Shown piece after piece: positions 59,936-64,000 of a stretch of DNA of 64,000 nt. Within the stretch, counting starts at the first letter, position 1, and every line of letters starts with the position of its first letter. The notes under the pieces are model-generated. The model had not been told where the DNA came from. It was given only the letters and a program-made list of their open reading frames with translations, and searched no databases. A program made the position numbers and the translations under genes. Origin of the DNA: Bacteroidota bacterium (lineage in GTDB: Bacteria > Bacteroidota > Bacteroidia > M30B66); NCBI GenBank assembly GCA_027490225.1, contig JAIXYK010000032.1, forward strand, positions 32,418 to 96,417, in the 5' to 3' direction.

Positions 59936-60040
59936 ATGAACGGGTTGAATTGGGGTTTCTATTCTGAATTTAAAACCTTACTTTTGCAGCGCTTTCGAAA
60001 AAAAGCATTTTGTTGAACCCTTAACCCACCGCCATGGACG

Positions 60041-60973
60041 ATGATAACGATCTTTCGCACAACACAACGCAAGCTCGAAGAAATTCAGAAGCCGGAACCT
60101 GGTTGCTGGGTAAATGTAGTTGACCCTACCGAAGCTGAGCTGAACTGGCTTTTAGAAACATTCCCGTTTACGGAGGAATACCTGCAAGACCCATTAGATA
60201 TTGACGAAAAAGCACGTGCCGAAAGGGACGAAGATGTGCTGTTTACGTTGATTAGAATTCCGCATTTTCAGGGGAAAAAAGATGAGGCTCCGTTTATTAC
60301 AATTCCGCTGGGAGTGATTATGAATAACGATTACATTGTTACCATTACCAAGGAAGACAATATAATTGTGCAGGAATTTGAGAATAACCGGGTAAAAAAC
60401 CTCAACACTTCTAAGCATTATCAGTTTTTATTGTTGATTTTGTTAAAAACGGCTACCAAGTTTTTATCTCATTTGAGGGAAATTAATAAAACGGTAGACC
60501 AGATAGAAGACGACTTGCAGGTGAGCATGAGAAATCAGGATATTTTTGATTTGCTGAAGTATCAAAAAGTATTGATTTACTATACTACTGCATTGAAATC
60601 GAACGAGTTAATGATGGCGCGTTTGAACAGGTTGCAATTGATACGTACGTATGAGGAAGACGAGGAATTGTTTCAGGATGTTGTAACTGAGTTTCAACAG
60701 GCCATAGAAATGACGAATATTGCGCACAACATCTTGTTACAAATGACTTCTGCTTATGCCAGTATCATTAACAACAACATGAACAAGATTATTAAAACGC
60801 TTACGCTGATTACGATTGTGTTGTACGTGCCTACCTTAATTGCCAGTTTATTTGGAATGAATGTGCCGATTCCGGGACAAGATTCTGGTTCTGCTTTCGC
60901 CATAATATTGAGTGTTTCATTGGCTTTGAGCGGAATAATACTGGTAATATTTATGCGTAGGCGCTGGTTTTAA
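60041..60973 (+). CDS. corA: magnesium/cobalt transporter CorA
   Basis: Two C-terminal TM helices carrying the GMN signature (LFGMNVPIPG); ~310 aa. Confidence 0.9.
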   Translation: MITIFRTTQRKLEEIQKPEPGCWVNVVDPTEAELNWLLETFPFTEEYLQDPLDIDEKARAERDEDVLFTLIRIPHFQGKKDEAPFITIPLGVIMNNDYIVTITKEDNIIVQEFENNRVKNLNTSKHYQFLLLILLKTATKFLSHLREINKTVDQIEDDLQVSMRNQDIFDLLKYQKVLIYYTTALKSNELMMARLNRLQLIRTYEEDEELFQDVVTEFQQAIEMTNIAHNILLQMTSAYASIINNNMNKIIKTLTLITIVLYVPTLIASLFGMNVPIPGQDSGSAFAIILSVSLALSGIILVIFMRRRWF

Positions 60974-61053
60974 AAATGAGAGAATGGCTGTTGTAAGCCA
61001 ATATTTAAAACAATTTATTTACCTTCGCGCAAATTCTAAAATAGGTTTTTTAC

Positions 61054-61614
61054 ATGGCAACTACACAAGACGTTAACGTAGGTACGTTTATTAGATACAA
61101 TGGTGATTTGTGCGTTATAACTGAATGGCAACACCGTACACCGGGAAATTTACGCGCTTTTTATCAAGCAAAAATGCGTAATATTAAAAATGGTAAGGCT
61201 GCCGAAAATCGTTTTAGATCGGGTGAAGAAATAGAAGTGGTACGTGTGGAAATGAAACCTTTACAGTATTTGTACAAAGAAAACTCTTCTTTGATTTGTA
61301 TGGATAGCGAAACCTATGAGCAGATTTATATTGACGAGATTTTGTTTGGTGATGGGGTGAAGTTTATGAAGGAAGAAATGATAGTGAATGCTGCATTTGA
61401 GGGCGATTCTGTGATTTATGCTGAACCTCCGCGTTCAGTAGAATTAGAAGTAACTTACACTGAGCCTGGCGTAAAAGGAGATACTGCAACTAAAACATTA
61501 AAACCAGCAACGTTAGAAACTGGGGCAAATATCAATATTCCGCTTTTTATAAACATTGGCGAAAAAATTAAAGTGGATACGCGTACTGGAGAGTACATGG
61601 AGCGAGTAAAATAA
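61054..61614 (+). CDS. efp: translation elongation factor P
   Basis: 186 aa; KOW-like N-domain (GTFIRYNGDLCVITEWQHRTPGN) colinear with EF-P. Confidence 0.9.
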   Translation: MATTQDVNVGTFIRYNGDLCVITEWQHRTPGNLRAFYQAKMRNIKNGKAAENRFRSGEEIEVVRVEMKPLQYLYKENSSLICMDSETYEQIYIDEILFGDGVKFMKEEMIVNAAFEGDSVIYAEPPRSVELEVTYTEPGVKGDTATKTLKPATLETGANINIPLFINIGEKIKVDTRTGEYMERVK

Positions 61615-61619
61615 TTGTT

Positions 61620-62351
61620 GTGAACGTTTACGAAACTATAATTGCGGCGAAGAGAGCGAAAAGAGCACTCTTCGCCGTTTTAGTTGACCCCGGTAAGAGC
61701 GATGTTTCACAATTAAACAAGCTGTTAAAAGCAATAGAAAAACGTCCTGTTGATTTTATTTTTATTGGTGGAAGTTTGGCGAGTGCGCATCAATTGGACC
61801 AGTGTATTCAAATTTTAAAGGATTACCAGACGGCGCCCATTGTTATTTTTCCGGGCAATGAAGTTCAGATTCATCCTCAGGCAAATGCCATTTTATTGTT
61901 GTCGTTGATTTCGGGCAGAAACCCTGATTTATTGATTGGAAAGCATGTAAATGCCGCACTGCAATTGAAAAAGAGCAAGTTAGAAGTGATTCCTACAGGT
62001 TACATGTTGATAGAAAGCGGAAGGCTTACATCGGTTGCTTACATGAGTCATACTTTACCGATTCCGAGAGATAAAAACGATATAGCAAGCGCAACAGCAT
62101 TGGCAGGAGAACTTTTGGGAATGAAATTGATTTACTTGGAAGCTGGCAGCGGAGCTGAACAACCAGTTCCTGCTGAAATGATAAAGGAAGTTAAAGAAGT
62201 ACTAAACATTCCATTAATTGTTGGAGGAGGCATTGACTCAGCTGAGAAATATAAGCAAGCTTTGAATGCAGGTGCTGATTTAATTGTGGTTGGAAATGCT
62301 TTGGAAAAGAAACCTGAACTTTTGCTTGAGTTTTTAAGAACTAATCCATAA
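61620..62351 (+). CDS. (hepta/geranylgeranyl)glyceryl phosphate synthase family protein (PcrB/GGGPS)
   Basis: TIM-barrel PcrB family at 243 aa: ...DFIFIGGS..., ...LIYLEAGSGA..., ...PLIVGGGI..., GADLIVVGNA. Confidence 0.7.
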   Translation: MNVYETIIAAKRAKRALFAVLVDPGKSDVSQLNKLLKAIEKRPVDFIFIGGSLASAHQLDQCIQILKDYQTAPIVIFPGNEVQIHPQANAILLLSLISGRNPDLLIGKHVNAALQLKKSKLEVIPTGYMLIESGRLTSVAYMSHTLPIPRDKNDIASATALAGELLGMKLIYLEAGSGAEQPVPAEMIKEVKEVLNIPLIVGGGIDSAEKYKQALNAGADLIVVGNALEKKPELLLEFLRTNP

Positions 62352-63063
62352 AAACCGCTTCGAGCACATCGGTGGTTTTAAATGTTGCCAAAGATGGAAT
62401 ATGCCATCGGTAATAATCAACCAAGTGTTTTACGATGATTTGTCGTTGGGTTCTATTTAATCGAATTAAATGGAGTTCATCAATTCTAGAATTGATAAGT
62501 TTTCCAATTACATCACTTATATTAATATCGAGACAGGTATCGGCATGGTGGTCGAGAAATACACCATCGGTAAATTGAAAATAGGGTGTTTCTTCTGTGA
62601 AGTTATTGGTTGGATAAAAGCCTAAGAACCTTGAAAAGTCTATCAGGAACTTTAAATGAAAATTTGGAATGTTTCTTGTATGCGCATCAAAATACTGAAT
62701 ATTGGTATGAATAAAGTCGAACAAATTGGGGTTTGCTTCTTCTTCTTTAATTGTATGATAAAGGACTTCGGCTAAAAATAATGATTGTGCAATTTTTACC
62801 GGTGACTGATAGATAGAAGAAAACGGGATTTCTACTTTAATTTCTTTGAGGGTTTGTAGTGATTTGTTATTTCTAATTTGCATTTCCACTTCTAGTAGTG
62901 ACAATGGCTGTAGAAAAGAAGATTTGTTTCCGCCTTTTTTACCAAAAACACCATTCACCATAAATGAAACCATACCAGATTGCTGTGTATACAACTTAGC
63001 AATAACTGCATTGTCAGCATATTTTAAAGTGTTTAGGACAATGGCTTTTGTGGAAATGAGCAT
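62341..63063 (-). CDS. recO: DNA repair protein RecO
   Basis: MLISTKAIVLNTLKYADNAVIAKLYTQQSGMVSFMVNGV... gives the N-terminal OB fold, and the length matches RecO. Confidence 0.8.
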   Translation of the reverse strand: MLISTKAIVLNTLKYADNAVIAKLYTQQSGMVSFMVNGVFGKKGGNKSSFLQPLSLLEVEMQIRNNKSLQTLKEIKVEIPFSSIYQSPVKIAQSLFLAEVLYHTIKEEEANPNLFDFIHTNIQYFDAHTRNIPNFHLKFLIDFSRFLGFYPTNNFTEETPYFQFTDGVFLDHHADTCLDINISDVIGKLINSRIDELHLIRLNRTQRQIIVKHLVDYYRWHIPSLATFKTTDVLEAVFMD

Positions 63064-63066
63064 TTT

Positions 63067-64000
63067 TTAATTCACCATTAAAATCTTGGTGACTTTGGTT
63101 TGGGTACCATCCGTATTGGCGCAAAAAACAAGATAAACACCAGAAGCTGCTCTTTTACCTGAAAAATTTAAACCATTCCAAACCGCGGTGCCACCATTTG
63201 CACGTGTATTAAATACTAAGTTACCTTGAACATCTGTAATTCTAACATCCGCATCGGTAACCAAACCAGTTATTGCAATAGGACCAGTGTAGTCTGGTCT
63301 TACAGGATTTGGGAAAGCGTATATTTTACCAAACACATCATTCCCTTTTGTAGCATCGCTTCTATAACTGCAAATGCCTTGGTCTGTTCCAAAGAAAACC
63401 TCACCAGTATTGTCATTAATAACTATTGAATTAATCGTATTGCTTAACAATGGACTGTTTTCACTTGTAAATTGCTGAATAACAGATGTTCCATCGGGAG
63501 AAACTAAAAAAACACCTGCTTTTTTAGTTCCCAACCATTTTCTGTTTCCACCATCAATTGCAATGGCAGTAACCTCTTCTGAATTCAATAAATACTGATT
63601 AAAACCACCTTGATTTACAGTGATAAGTTGGGCTTCCCAGTTTGTGCTGCCTTCTTGCAGAATTGCTTCGGGACTGTAAAATACATTGATTCCTTTTGAT
63701 GTGCCCACCCACATCTGGCCTTCCCGGTCTTGGGCCATGCTTAATACGTTTGAAGAGGTCATGCTACCAGAACCTGCTTGGTCATTTATCAATTTAAAAT
63801 CGGTAATCTGATTTCCATCATTCTTAAAAACCAACACACCTACTTCGGGAATAATCATCCATTTTTGGTTGGAGCTATCGGCTATGATAGTTCCAGTTGG
63901 TCGGTTATTGATGGCGCTTGTTAAATTGTACGAAAACCATTCGTTGGCAGCATTCTTCATGCAAATTGGTTTTGGAACACCTGCGTTGCTTACCCAAAGT
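63067..64000 (-). CDS. T9SS cargo with beta-propeller (two-component-regulator-propeller-like) repeats and a type-A CTD; N-terminus beyond the window end
   Basis: The ORF stays open upstream of the track Met to position 64000 (…LWVSNAGVPKPICMKN…). W.GT..G propeller repeats are present, and the C-terminal ~80 aa end ...GVYLVFCANTDGTQTKVTKILMVN. Confidence 0.75.
   Translation of the reverse strand, partial: LWVSNAGVPKPICMKNAANEWFSYNLTSAINNRPTGTIIADSSNQKWMIIPEVGVLVFKNDGNQITDFKLINDQAGSGSMTSSNVLSMAQDREGQMWVGTSKGINVFYSPEAILQEGSTNWEAQLITVNQGGFNQYLLNSEEVTAIAIDGGNRKWLGTKKAGVFLVSPDGTSVIQQFTSENSPLLSNTINSIVINDNTGEVFFGTDQGICSYRSDATKGNDVFGKIYAFPNPVRPDYTGPIAITGLVTDADVRITDVQGNLVFNTRANGGTAVWNGLNFSGKRAASGVYLVFCANTDGTQTKVTKILMVN

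Noticed and set aside
1-64000. CRISPR arrays, IS elements/transposases, integrases, restriction-modification or toxin-antitoxin genes
   Set aside because: No regular repeat-spacer structure, no transposase or integrase-like ORFs, and no terminal inverted repeats flanking any segment were seen. The window appears to be core chromosome.

Overview
AT-rich (~35% GC) chromosomal segment with the hallmarks of a gliding Bacteroidota (Cytophaga/Flavobacteria-like): Type IX secretion (T9SS) C-terminal sorting domains of both type A and type B, a probable gldD lipoprotein beside ssb-mutY, and Bacteroidetes-type TAnnTTTG -7 promoter elements. Coding density is high and most genes are housekeeping: ctaA (partial), queA, ispD, purD, feoAB, recQ, ribE, ispH, ssb, mutY, hup, an RNase E/G-family gene, sufCDSE plus sufT-like, lepA, corA, efp, recO and a PcrB/GGGPS homolog. 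Interspersed with these are four T9SS cargo genes. One is a ~1940-aa tandem-PKD adhesin that has no sorting domain of its own and is preceded by a stand-alone type-B CTD minigene. Other features are: a scattered kynurenine pathway (kynA, kmo, kynU); a light-sensing LitR/CarH-like regulator followed by an ECF sigma, crtB and ispH; two two-component systems; an ECF sigma/anti-sigma/DUF4097-like triad; an unannotated 29-aa ultra-basic ORF resembling ribosomal protein bS22; a perfect 43-bp palindrome between sufC and an AAA ATPase gene; and a GC-rich ~100-nt island upstream of corA. I found no CRISPR array, rRNA/tRNA gene, transposase or obvious defence system. Coordinates counted by hand from the sequence may be off by ±1.
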